DNA of 64,000 bases from Hormiphora californensis (Eukaryota; Animalia; Ctenophora). Location of the stretch: the NCBI GenBank assembly GCA_020137815.1, contig CM035354.1, forward strand, positions 1,302,001 through 1,366,000. Direction: 5' to 3'. How positions within the stretch are numbered: position 1 is the first letter of the stretch; every line of letters starts with the position of its first letter. The notes beneath the pieces are model-generated. The model searched no databases. It was not told where the DNA came from and saw only the letters and a program-made list of their open reading frames with translations. Both the position numbers and the translations under genes were made by a program. Positions 36,101 to 61,528 of the stretch are shown piece by piece.

Positions 36101-37915
36101 CAAACAAACAAACAAATAATAATAATAATAATAATAATACTCAAACTTATATCCTGCCCATATTCTACAGGGACAGCAGAGCTTTACAGATGCTGCCACT
36201 GAAAGAAACTCAGAGCAGTTAACTAACACTTGACCCAATTTAATAGACTACTAAAAAACGGTGGAAAATCCAAATTATCCGGCTCACATATGTGGGAAAA
36301 CAGATTAGGCTCATAACAGACAAAATTAGAAAAAAACTCGAAAAAGGCCACAGGTTAAATGTCACCACTGTCACTTGATCACTCCATATATATAGACACA
36401 GATGAAATGTTCAGAGAACAGATTCTGAAACAACTGGGAAAACTGAAAAACGGAAAAATATTACACACTCGTGCTTCACTCATGCTGCAAACTCAAAGAA
36501 TAAAGCTAAGTTAAAAACTTGTCACGAGGTAAGATACAGACCTAAGTACAATACTTACGCTAGACAGTACAGCGTGATGGGAGGAGTACAGGTACCGAGA
36601 AAAAGAAGTAGGCTGGAATAAAGGAGAAAACAACCGGAACTAGCCTGATCCAAAGGCATCCACAAACAGTCTTGTCTTTAAACCCGTTTTGAAAGATTCC
36701 GCAGTAGGCCGAGATCGCAACTCAAGGGGGAGTGCATTCCACAGATCTGGCAGAAGAACAGATGGTCTCCTTTTCCTCAGTTTAGAATTGGCATTAATGC
36801 TCGACAGCTTCGGGTACTGGAGCTTATAAGGGTCTGGAACAGCAGTCGCTCTGGTACGGCAAGTAACATCAACGATATCTGTAGGTATTTGCTCGATGAG
36901 GTAATCTGGAGCACTTCCATGTACAATCTTATAGGCTATGAGACAGGCCTTAAAGATCACTCGTTGCTCCACAGGAAGAATGTGGGTTTCTCTCATGTAA
37001 GGGAGGTAGTCCTCTTGATGACCGTGGAGTCCATAGATAAACCTTATACAAGAGTTGATCACTTTCTGTAAACGAGAGATGAGCTTCATTGGCAAACCTC
37101 CGTAGAGGACATTGCAGTAATCCAAGCGGGATATAACCAGCTGCTTAACAAGAAGGATTCTGGTAGAGAAGTCTAAGCATCGGTGGACCTGCCACAAATT
37201 CCTCAGTAACATTCCACAGTTTCTTTTGACACTGTTCACCTGACGTTCCAATGTCAAGTTCTCATCCATATAAATACCCAGAGTCTTTCCGGTAGTACCT
37301 GTGAAGTCAACTGGGTAGATATCTGCATCTCCAAACCTAATACAGGGCTCAAAAGCCAGCTTGTCAATTGCACTGCTCTTCCCTAGAAGAAGGAGCTCCG
37401 TCTTCGACTCATTACATTTCAGCCAATGCTGAACCATCCAAATCTTGATCTGATCAAGACACTCTTCTACTTTCCTCCTTGTGATATTCCATCCACCTTC
37501 ATCAAGAGGGACTAGACTCACATATATTTGAGAGTCATCTGCATAGAGCTTGATTTTGAGTCCATATTTGTTTACCAGATCCTGTAGTTCCTCAACATAT
37601 AAAAGAAACAAAACCGGTCCAAGAAGGGACCCTTGGGGTACTCCACAAATGAGGTAGATAATCTTCGAAAGTTCTCCTCTGACGTTGACTCTGAAATTCC
37701 TCGATCCAAGATAGCTAGTAAACCACTTGAGAGCTGTTCCTCTTATTCCAAATCTCCTCCTCAAAACATCCACAAGTTTAGCATGGTCAACCGTGTCAAA
37801 CGCTGCACTCATGTCCAACAGGAGTAGAGCTACAACATTTCCCTTATCCATCTCCTGTAGTAGATCATCAAACATCCCCATGAGTAGAGTTTCACAGGAA
37901 TGACCAACTCTAATT
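36101..37915 (-). mobile_element. 5'-truncated L2/CR1-group LINE (RT, ORF 36640-37986 in track)
   Basis: [34 protein letters not shown]; (TTA)n(TTTG)n tail at 36101-36139, about 10 nt after the ABCC donor. Confidence 0.92.
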
Positions 37916-38012
37916 GCAATTGCCATCGTATATTTGGTCGTGTTTTTAGAGCTCCTGATACATCTACTCTTCTTCAACCCCAACAAATTCCTGCCACCTT
38001 GATTAATTAAAT

Positions 38013-38744
38013 ATGGTCACTGCTACCCGTACTAGAACCGATACCAGTGCCTTTCTTGCTCTAGACCAGTCTAAGGTGATAGCTGAGTCCAAAAAACTTG
38101 CTGCTAAACATGGTGACATTGCCGCAGTATTCAATGTTCTGTATTTTGCCATCGCTGAGATCCGAGAGGAAAATGCTGCTCTCAAAAGCACCGTTGCTGA
38201 GCTCCAGAAGAGTAATGCAGCTCTTGAGACTCGTTTGGAGTCGATGGGACCTCTTGTCTCCACTGGCCAGACCAGCGACCCCTCCCTTGAGGACCGCCTG
38301 CTGAAGTCTGAATCATACTCCGGGAGATCTACCACCATTCTGACCGGTATAAAAGAGGACCCCAGCGAGGACATCACTGAGGTGGTGGCCAAGCATGTTA
38401 GGGAGATCATTCCCGACTTCACATCCAGCCGGATATCAACTGTACACCGGAACAAATTGAAGGATCCAGCCAAACCCCGCTCAGTAACTGTTGTATTTAG
38501 TCACATCCGGGATAAGGACATTGTTTCTGATTACAGGCGACAGGGTCCCCTGAGAAAGAAGAATATTGGTGCTTACCATTATACCCCACCTGCTGTTCTG
38601 GAGAGGAAGAGGCAACTGGAGGAGTGTGAGGGAGTGAGCAAAGTGTATTTCGACGGGCCGGTTAAGATGTTCTCTGTTAAGATGTCTGACGATACTTTCA
38701 AGAGACGGATCACAAATGTGAATCAACTGAATGAGAGATCTTAG
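38013..38744 (+). CDS. LINE ORF1-like protein (coiled coil plus RRM-like domain)
   Basis: Coiled coil IREENAALKSTVAELQKSNAALETRLE, then LEDRLLKSESYSGRSTTILTGIKE...ISTVHR...PRSVTVVFSHIRDKD, typical of CR1/L2/L1 ORF1. Confidence 0.75.
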   Translation: MVTATRTRTDTSAFLALDQSKVIAESKKLAAKHGDIAAVFNVLYFAIAEIREENAALKSTVAELQKSNAALETRLESMGPLVSTGQTSDPSLEDRLLKSESYSGRSTTILTGIKEDPSEDITEVVAKHVREIIPDFTSSRISTVHRNKLKDPAKPRSVTVVFSHIRDKDIVSDYRRQGPLRKKNIGAYHYTPPAVLERKRQLEECEGVSKVYFDGPVKMFSVKMSDDTFKRRITNVNQLNERS

Positions 38745-39249
38745 TATTGACTGTCTTTTTTAGCCCCTGCCTGATTGATCACGTGTCGTGTATTATATGT
38801 ATTGTACATCTGCAGGCAAGGAGCGAGGGAAAGAGAGCACTGTGTTGCACCGCTTGTCACGTGATCGAACTCTTTATACCTTATTTGGGAGACTGTTCTT
38901 CCTAACCCAGGAGTAGAGAATGTTGGGGAGGGTGGAGCTATAGTGTCTATTTTTAGCTGAACTGTGTTTTGTTTCTTTTTTGGAAACAAGTCTAGATTCT
39001 CAGTTTTTACTCTCACAGTGATTGAATATTTATATAATATGTGCCACTACTTATGGGACTATCTATTGCACTAGTGTTTAGGCCAATGCACGTGACTGTG
39101 TGTGTCTTACCTATGCCAATATTAGTGTTAGCTTTTGACTTAACAAGAATTGTCTGATCTCGGGCCTTGTGAATGATTATTGGTACTTTATGGGGTCCTT
39201 TTCCAAGAGTCATATTTGACAATCTACTACAAGCCCGTTATCTATGAGG

Positions 39250-41907
39250 AAGTTAGAGCCTAAGACCAAAGGTGCTTATCTCATCAATGATTATGAAATC
39301 AAGGTTGAATTTTAGATTGCCTAGTTGTAATGGAACGTTTTTGATGGTCCCTAAAACTCTAAGATGTGGACCCGTCGCACCGATTAATTTGTACTGTTGC
39401 TTCTATACTACTGGTAGGTATTTGTAATTTATCGAGCATCGCTTTAGACATGCAATTAAGCACTGCGCCGCTATCTATTAGTAGTTTCGCGTCTTGACTA
39501 TTGATTTTCCCTGCCGCGATAGTGAATTAGTGTGGCTTGTCTGCTATTGTTAAAATGGGCGACGCGGTACAAAGTCACGTGCGGTAGCCTCGGTCGAGGG
39601 CCGAGGCACACTTAGTTTAAATCTTGATCCTTGAAGATATTCTCCACCAGAGCCATGTTGTATGTCTTTTCTTGGTCCGGGAAGCCGCTGTTTCCTGGGC
39701 CGTCGTCAATAGCCAGCTGTGCCATGGGTGCCGTTATGGCGTGTTGCATCATATTGATGGGGCGTTGCTGTTGTGCTGTTTGTTGTTGTTGGGCCGCATT
39801 GTTGGGTGCTCGCCAATTACCGGTGGTGCAGTAGTAGTCTGGTACTGGTTCGGGTTTTGTTTCCACTGGTTTTGAGTGTCTGGTAATTAGGCTGGTAATG
39901 GGACGGTAATTGGGGCGGTAGTTGGGGCGGTAGTTGTCCCTATTGTTGGGACGGTAGTTGTCCCGATTGTTGGTCGGTAGTTGGGGCGGTTGTCGTTCTT
40001 CCCCGGTTACCATGTAGTTGTTTTCTCCCCTGTTATTGTTGTTATTGCCACGGTTGTTGTTGTTATTCCACCTCTGCTATTTCCTCCTCTGCTGTTGTTT
40101 CCCTGCTGGTACTGCCTGACCTTCTCTCTGTTGATCGGCAAATCACTGGTCCAGTGCCACCCTCCGCATTTTCGGCATGCTGATGGTGGTTGGGTATCTC
40201 GTTGCTGTCGAGTTGGGCACTCCCTGGCGAAGTGTCCATCCTTTCCCACATGAGTAGCATTTGATTAGATGGCGGTCTTGCAATGACCTTCTCTTTCCCC
40301 GTCAAGTGTGAAACTGGAGCATCTTGGATAGCTAGTACCGGTGGAGGTTGTTCAACTTCCACTGTTGCCGGTATCGGGAGTGTGACGATTCCTTGTGAGA
40401 GTCGTCATTCTGGAGCGTAGAAGTAGAGCCTCCTTCAAAGCCAGTTCCTTCTCCATGGTGATTTCAGCAAGTTGATGTTCGGTGATGTCCTTCAAACATG
40501 AAACTTCAGGGCTAGTCGCGCGTCACTCAACCCGCTCAAAAAAGCATCTCGCAACATCTTCTGTGTGAACTTCTTCTCCATCGTGCGATCGGCGCGGGAC
40601 AGTTCGGGCGTGTCAACGCTGTCAAAATATTTGTCTACTATTTTGATAATCGTTCGAAAAAATCGAGCGCAGTTTCATCCGCCCCTGTGTAGCTTTACGT
40701 AACTCTACTTTAGCTGACATTTTTTGTGTTTTTGGAGTAAGAGTTTAATTATTGTTGGTTTGAGATCTGACCAATCTGCTTTCTGGTCTTCTGTCAAATC
40801 AAAGCTGCTAGTTTATCTCGGCAGCTCTCAGGCAGGGAAGTGATGAAATTGCTGTACGCCTTTTCATCACTTAGTGAGATGAGTGTTCTATAATCATCAA
40901 ATGTTTTAATGAATTTTTGACACACTTTTCCCAAAACATAGTTAGTCGGCTGTTTTCGCTGCTGCGTAACTTGCCGTTAACTCCCTACGAGAAATCGCGG
41001 AACTTGGTTTTGACCTGTTCCTCCGAAAATGTAGCATGATGGCTTGTTGCACTAGGGTCTGTTACCCCGGGCAAAATGCCATTTTTATTATCTTTACCTT
41101 CGTCCCCATAGTAAATTAAATCGTGATAAACTGTTTTATTTACTGTAACTGTGAGTGGGCGATTATTTGTTAACGGTGTTGAAAAATGATCTGATTCTAA
41201 TTCTAAACTTAAATTTAGGCTATTTTAGCTAATCGAGAATTCAGAGTCTTAGAAAGTCTTGTCTGAGATAAATCTGAGTTTTCGAAAGTTTGTCTGATTT
41301 TCAAGTTCACGTGGGTGAACTTGCTATATTGGCACACAAAAACTACAGTCACAGCACCAATTATGTAGTATCGGTGGTCAAAGGGCTGGTCGTCTAAAGC
41401 CGAGGTTCGTACCTGGTCAGACGCGGTGACAGACGAGGTGAAGAGGTGTCGAGGTGAAGGGGTGAAGAGATGTAGAGATGTAGAGGTGTAGGGATGTAGA
41501 TCGAGGGGATTACCGTTGTCGGAGGTGACAGGTATTGTAGGTTGTAGTGTTGAAGGTTGTAAGGGTGGATGTAGAAGGTTTTTGTGAAGTTGTGTTTATC
41601 AAAATAAACGAACGGTTTTTGGGGTAACAAAACAAAAGGTAAAGCGTAAAACTTAGAAGTGAAGGCGGAGTTTGTTGTGATGATTAATATCTTTTCGCCT
41701 TCCCATCGTCATGCCCATTGGCTTTAGCCAATTAGGAATGCCGATGATCAAGTGCGGTTGTTCTGAGTTGTTCTGACTAGTTCTGACTAGTTCTGAGTAG
41801 TTCTGAGTTGTTCTGACTAGTTCTGACTAGTTCTGAGTAGTTCTGAGCTGTACTGACGTTATATAATAGCTGTTCTGTCTCTATGCTCTCTAGTTCTCTG
41901 TGGTTAC
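39250..41907 (-). mobile_element. Ty3/gypsy LTR retrotransposon remnant: probable LTR, PBS, gag and protease
   Basis: Zinc knuckle CYSCGKDGHFAREC (~40260-40219), protease LLIDSGA (~39485-39465), PBS TGGTGCTGTGACT (41359-41347, tRNA-His-like), candidate LTR TG...CA at 41364-41907. Many frameshifts. Confidence 0.8.
39587..39621 (-). promoter_or_regulatory. -1 ribosomal frameshift signal at the gag/pol boundary
   Basis: Minus strand GAT TTA AAC TAA gives the slippery heptamer U UUA AAC, then a 7-nt spacer and stem GCCTCGG-(7)-CCGAGGC. Confidence 0.8.
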
Positions 41908-42045
41908 ATAGCAACAGAGGGAGAGAGAGAGAGAGAGAGAGAGCAATAACGATTAACAGCTAGAGGTATAGAGAACTACTGATATATATCTCCTGGGCTC
42001 TCACTATCAGCCCCAATAGTACAAAACCCGAGTAAATATCCAATT

Positions 42046-43270
42046 NNNNNNNNNNNNNNNNNNNNNNNNNNNNNNNNNNNNNNNNNNNNNNNNNNNNNNN
42101 NNNNNNNNNNNNNNNNNNNNNNNNNNNNNNNNNNNNNNNNNNNNNGGGAAAACCAATTTTTGCAAGCCCTTTTAAGGAAAAAGGGGGGAAAAAAACCCCA
42201 TGAAATTTCCCCCTTTTTTTAAAAAGGAGAAAAAGGGAGGGAAACCAAAAAGTTTCCCCCAAAAAAAAAACCCAAACGGGCCCCAGAAAAAAAAAAAAAA
42301 AAAAATCCTGGGTTTAAACCCCTTTTTTTTTTCCCCCTTTTTTTAAAGGGGGGGTTTTTTTGAAAAATTTTTATTTTCTCCCGAAAATTATTTAAAGGGG
42401 AGGGGGGGGGGAAAAGGGGAAAGGGGAAGGGGAAAGAAAAAAAGAAAGGGGAAAAAAAAGAAAAAACCAAAAAAGGGGGAGGTTTTAAAATTTTCCCAAA
42501 AATTTGTTTTTAAAACAAAATTTATTTGGTTAGGGGAAAAATAAGGGAAAAAAAAAAAAAAAAGAAACCCCGGGCCCGGGGAAAAAAAGGGGGCCCCAAC
42601 CGAAAAGGGGGAACCAAAAGGGGCCGAAAAACGGGGTCGGGGGAGGCGGCAGAAAAGGGGGGAAAAAGGAAAAAAAGAGGGGAGGGAAAAAAAAGGGGGG
42701 AAAAAATAAAAGAAAAGGAAAAAGGGGATGGGGATGGAAAAACAAAAAAAAAGGGGGGGGAACGGGGGGGGGGGAAAGGGGAAAGGAAAAGGGGAAAAGG
42801 GGGGGGGGGGGGAAAAAAAAAAGGGGGAGGAAGAAGGGAAAGGGAGGGCAAAGGGAGGGGTTTTTAAAAATTTTTTGGGGTTTAAAAGGGGAAAAGGGGG
42901 GGAAAAAAGTTAAAAAAAAATTTTTGGGGGGGGGGTTGGGGGAAGGGAAAAATTTAAAAATTTTTTAAGGGGTTTTTATGGTTTTTAAAAATTTAGTTTT
43001 GGAAAAGGGGAAAAAAAGGGAAAACCAACCCCAAAACAAATTTTTCCCCTTTTTACCCTAATTAATTTTAAAGGGGGGGGGGGGAAAAAGTGGGGGGGAA
43101 AAAGGGAGGGGGGGGGGGGGGAAAAAAGGGGGGAAAGGGAAAAAAGGGGGGGGAAAAGGGGAAGGAAAAAAAAAAAAAGGGGGGGGGTTTTTTTCCCTTT
43201 CCCTTTTTTCCCCCCTTTTTTTTTTTTCCCTTTTTCCCTGTTTTTAATTTTTCCCCTTTTAAAACCCTAA
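42046..43270. other. Assembly gap (N run) followed by low-quality homopolymer sequence
   Basis: About 100 N, then A/G/C/T runs without biological structure. Confidence 0.9.
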
Positions 43271-44306
43271 AGGGTGGGATTGGGCATCGGATTTCCTCCG
43301 AGAGGATGAAATCGTAGGGCGGGGAGAAACGACGCAATGATAAGATAGAACTTCATGCTGGAGAGAATGATAGATGAGATTTTTCGGACGATTTGTGAGT
43401 TTTGTAGCTTCGGTTACGCTACGGTCCCTATATTATTTCAGATATATGGGCCATTAGTTTACTAGTCCATAATGCCATTATTATTCCTTCACGTGTATCA
43501 GAGAGACAGAAAGGGAACACAGTCGTGTTAGTTATTTCCGATACCCCTATTGCAAGGGTCATACCGTATTAAAACTACTGTAGTGCATTGAATGACTGAC
43601 GTGTGCAGTATTAGTAAGTTGAAGTGAAGGAAAGCGGAGTCTCGAACCTTTAACAATCGATAAAAGAGACTGAAGACGTTATATACGCTAGTCCTCTCCC
43701 CCCGCCTAACCTCTACTCGCTCTCTGCTTTCTCTCTCAGTTCTCAGTACTCTCTCTCTTCTCTCTCTCTCTCTCTCTTTCTCCTCTCTATCCTCCCCCTC
43801 ACTATCTCTCTCTCTCTCTCTCTTTATCTGAAGGGTATAAGTGGGTAATTGGCCAGGTTATCGCTATAAGGTACAATCATTAATGGCCCATTAAGATGCA
43901 GGATAAGAGAGGGAGGGTAGACAGATGAATGACAAAAGAAGTGCTGACAGTGTTGTGTCAGTGGTGTTCATGTGTCAAACTGTAGTAGTGTCAAACTGTC
44001 ATATTGTAATTGGTACATGCTAAATTTAGATCGCCAAATTTAAACGAGCACGTTCGTAGCTTCTTCGGACTATGACTAAGAACTAAGTTAATCTCCCAGA
44101 TATCTCCTAATCTAACCCCGTCTACCCCCCCGTCCCCATCTATAACAGGTCTCTCCCCGCTCCACCCCTATCAATCTTGATGTTAGTTTCTAAAGATGTG
44201 TTATTTTCCAGGTCTCTCCCCCACCTCTTATAATTCTTAACTTATACTTTTTCCTTCCCGCTCCACCCCTATCAATATGTTTCTAAAGTTTTGCTTTTTC
44301 CTCCAG

Positions 44307-44431
44307 GTCTCTCTGAGGAGCAGGTGAAGGTATGGTTTCAGAACCGTCGGAGCAAGTGGAAGAAGGGAGAAAAGAGGAATGAAGTGAAAGAAGAGGTAGT
44401 GGAACATAAGACAATGACAGAGTTTGAATGA
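44307..44431 (+). CDS. Last exon of a homeobox gene (ANTP-like, Q50)
   Basis: ccag|(G)LSEEQVKVWFQNRRSKWKKGEKRNEVKEEVVEHKTMTEFE*. Upstream exons not visible, probably in the gap. Confidence 0.88.
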
Positions 44432-45704
44432 GATAGAGAGAATCATACCCTCTCTCCCTGATATCTCCGTTATTACCCTCCCCATGTTATGTGTTACCAT
44501 GGTTACCATGGTTACCCATGTGTGTTACACATGATACTTAGCTTGTCTTGTCTCTCTCTAGTGGTGTGACAGCGGTAAGATGATGTCCAGATGAGAGAGG
44601 AAGCTAGCACTGCCACAAACGAGAGAAAACATCACAACTTTTCTACAAGCTATGTAATGTGGCAAGGGAGCTATTTCAGTCGATATATATAAAATATGAT
44701 TTATGTTTCATGTGTGTGTATATGATATATGAATTCATATGTGGCAGAGATGAGAGAACTGCTATATCCGATATAACTGGGATTTTTACCGTAGAATTTC
44801 GAGTTAAGTAGCAGTCGTTTAGTAGTATTTCCCCCGGATGTAAGATGCCAGAGTTAGGGACCTTGACCCCGATAAAGTTTTGAAAAATAACAATTAACAG
44901 CACCTTTTTATCGACATAAAGCAGAAAGCTGATATAAAACACCTTTTTTGAATAATTGACAATATATTTTGACTGTTTCTCTTTAAATCGTAGGAAGTGA
45001 AGCCATATGATGCTAATTGGGTCTCATTTTCAATCTGAAGCACTGCAGATTGCAACTGCTGTCAGTGTCTCTTTTAAAGTGTATGTCATGTAATTGTATG
45101 CGTCAAATGAAGAAAGACCGGGTGTAATCCTCATTTTGGATTTGTTTATTTGAGACGTATACTTATAGAGAATAACAATATTTATTATTTGAAATTCAAC
45201 TGTATATAGTTTGACTCTGAATTTAGTTTAAACAATCAAATTATTGACTTTCAAGTGTGATTTAGAACTATTCTGTCAGACTCAGAGCATTGGCGCGAGA
45301 ACTGTGGTCAGAGCATTGGCCTTACATGATTTATTAGGGCCGGGTACAATAAATACTAACCACCGCCAGACCCTAAACAGTGTGATTCTTCTTAAATCGG
45401 CACGAGAGAGAAGCAACTAGAGTTCATAAATGGACATATCGGCAAGCGCGAGTTAAACATAAAAGCGATGCATAAATTGCCGCGCATTAGGGCGCGCGCA
45501 TTTTGAAAGTAAAGCTAAATAAATAAAAGCTGAAAACTAAAATCTGAAAAAACAAGTCAAGTTCGAGAAACATTTGCGATTTTCGAAATCAAAAAATTTC
45601 GTGCCTGATGTTTTAGCTTTCCTATCCATCTGTTATCTAGTAAGCACTGTTAATCATTGTGTTTTCTCTAAGAGTAGATCAGTCTGAGGTGAAACTACTG
45701 GAAT

Positions 45705-46550
45705 ATGCCACGTAACCTTCTGTTGAAACCCCCGATCCCGGGCCAGCTAAAACTCCGGCTGGAGCGAATGCCTTTGGCGTGGTACAAACGGGCTGAGCCC
45801 AAACCGACTTCTCCGTACCGTGCAATGAAGAGATCAGAAATTCTCTCATACACCCGGGGCTACAGCGATACCGCTAAAACCAATTGGACAACTGCCATGT
45901 TTCGCTACAAGTATAACCTGAAAGGAGAGAAGATCAAACGGCATGTCACTCGATCAAGAATATATGATGTAAATATGACGCGGATGGAGGCAGCTGCAAA
46001 TGAACATGATATGGATATTTGGGATTTTCGAAGCGGTCTTGCTCAGTCGAACGTCGAAATAAACAGTAAAATATTAGCTCAACTTGCTATTTATGAGCCT
46101 AAGACATTTGAATCTCTCGTTACGGTAGCTAAGACGAAACTGACGGACGAGAGGAAGGGTTTGGAGGATATTCTTCGGCCCGATCAGCCTGGAGTAGTCC
46201 ATAAAACAGGACTTGTTCCCAACCACACAACCTACTGTACGGGCTCTACCAAACAAGCTGATAGATGGGCCCTTGAGCGTCATGTCCCATCACAGAAACA
46301 CATTCCCCCTCCTATTGGGTGGAAGATTACCGGTCAGTACCCTGGTAAAAACTTGTTCCGAGGTGAGAGACACTTCTGGAGACAGCGACCCAAGGGGGAC
46401 GACTATAAGTATCTTCCTGATCCAGCTAGAATGGACAACGGTGAGGTATTCCCTGATACAAAGCAAGGAAAACGATATCGATACGCTTTCCGGAGACATC
46501 TTACGGACCCTAAGGTGTACCGAAAGACACCCCATTTCCCGTCTGTTTGA
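45705..46550 (+). CDS. MRPL20: Mitochondrial ribosomal protein bL20m with long extensions, intronless
   Basis: TRMEAAANEHDM...GLAQSNVEINSKILAQLAIYEPKTFESLV matches the L20 core; 281 aa in total. Confidence 0.85.
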   Translation: MPRNLLLKPPIPGQLKLRLERMPLAWYKRAEPKPTSPYRAMKRSEILSYTRGYSDTAKTNWTTAMFRYKYNLKGEKIKRHVTRSRIYDVNMTRMEAAANEHDMDIWDFRSGLAQSNVEINSKILAQLAIYEPKTFESLVTVAKTKLTDERKGLEDILRPDQPGVVHKTGLVPNHTTYCTGSTKQADRWALERHVPSQKHIPPPIGWKITGQYPGKNLFRGERHFWRQRPKGDDYKYLPDPARMDNGEVFPDTKQGKRYRYAFRRHLTDPKVYRKTPHFPSV

Positions 46551-46675
46551 GTGAATGTGTGTCACATTTATCTAAATTATTACTTTTTATTCAACTTCCT
46601 ATCTCTCCCGAGTCTCAATGTGTCACCCCCTTCCTGTAATAACCCCTATCATCACACCCATCTCTACGTTATAGG

Positions 46676-59961
<13,286 letters not shown>

Positions 59962-59977
59962 AACTGTGTGAGCGAGA

Positions 59978-60061
<84 letters not shown>

Positions 60062-60169
60062 CGAGATATACTTTAGAAAGTTTACTTGTGAATTTCACTA
60101 CATGGTGAATGTCTGTTTGTATCACTACATGGTGAATGTCTGTTTGTATACGGTATACCGTGAGTCTGT

Positions 60170-60470
60170 CTGTATCATGGTATGAGAGTCTGTCTGTATG
60201 ATGTCGTGAGAGTCGGTCTGTATGATGTCGTGAGAGTCTGTCTGTATGACGTCGTGAGAGTCTGTCTGTATGATGTCGTGAGAGTCTGTCTGTATCATCA
60301 TGGTTTGAGTCTGTCTGTATGTCGCGAGAGTCTGTCTGTACCATGGTGTGAGGGTCTGTCTGTATGTCGCGAGAGTCTGTCTGTATCATCATGGTTTGAG
60401 TCTGTCTGTATGTCGCGAGAGTCTGTCTGTATGATGTCGTGAGAGTCTGTCTGTATGATGGTGTGAGAGT
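60170..60470. repeat. About 24-bp minisatellite (gagagtctgtctgtatgatgtcgt) downstream of the FRMD4 stop
   Basis: Tandem units following a (TG)n microsatellite at 59982-60059. Confidence 0.85.
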
Positions 60471-61528
60471 TATACCCACTCTGCTGTTTCATTTATCACT
60501 TAATTGATGTAGCACTACCGGGCTATAAGAATGGAGTGACGCTGCATTCGCTGTATAATACCACACTAGGTCAGCATACTGTTTCCCTCTCTCACTCTAG
60601 TTAAAGTAACAATCTCTCTCTATGCTGTGTGTTGACCTGGTGGAAAATTATCTTTTTTTGAAAATATCATTCTTTGTACTGTTTGTCATTTATTTAACAA
60701 CACGAAAATGATTTTATTATTTTGATATCCGTTTGTGGGGAAACGCTGCAAAATTAAAGGGATTTAACGAATTTTACCTTTTATTACACGGTAACGACAA
60801 GACACGATGCTTTAAAAAGTGCTATTTTGGGCCGCGAGATATATCAACCATCTCTATCTCTCGTCCCAAACAATTGCATGTACTATCCTGGCACAAACTC
60901 AATCTGACACAAACTTAATTTGACACAAACTCAATCTGTCTGGCGTGGCCAAATAGTGGTTCGCTCAGATCTCGGTTCCGCCTGACAGTAATCCATCTAC
61001 TGCAACGACTCTCTCAATCCCTGTCGCTCATATATCAATCCCTCTCACTCCTTCTCTCGTGGTCAACAAAGTGTGAATAACCCAGTTAAGTGGGTTATTC
61101 TCTATTGTAGCTCTATTATATAGCTCACTCAATGTACTACTAATGAAGCCAGAGCCATGGCTTTTAGAGACAACTTAGCTCTTGATTTACTGTTCTCGCA
61201 CTCAAAAACTAACACATTTTAAAGACACAAAAAGCTCTCAAAGTCTTGATTACGTGCTCAGAATCATAATAAGTTCGGTCTAGACGTAATTTCTAGATGT
61301 CTAGATGTCTAGACGTAATTTCTAGATGTCTAGACGTGGTGCGGGGCTATTTACAGATCACTGAAAAGCGTGAAAAAGCTATCTTCCTTCTCTCTCTCTC
61401 ATCTTCTTTCTTTCACACTCACAGTTCCATGGTAACCATGGTAACAACACAGTCTTTAGTAACTGCACAACAAAAACGATTTTTCTCCAAATGTCCGATA
61501 TATATCTCGGATATACTAGAGCGTGCCC

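Noticed and set aside
38865-38915. 2A-like peptide after LINE ORF1 (GD/VLPNPG)
   Set aside because: Needs a frameshift and lacks the conserved E and final P of D(V/I)ExNPGP.
42145-43270. Lys/Gly/Phe/Pro-rich ORFs
   Set aside because: Homopolymer-dominated low-quality sequence beside the gap.
36092-44300. ABCC as a natural half transporter or TE-killed gene
   Set aside because: The last exon ends in a normal donor and an assembly gap follows; TMD2/NBD2 may lie in the gap or on a mis-joined scaffold.
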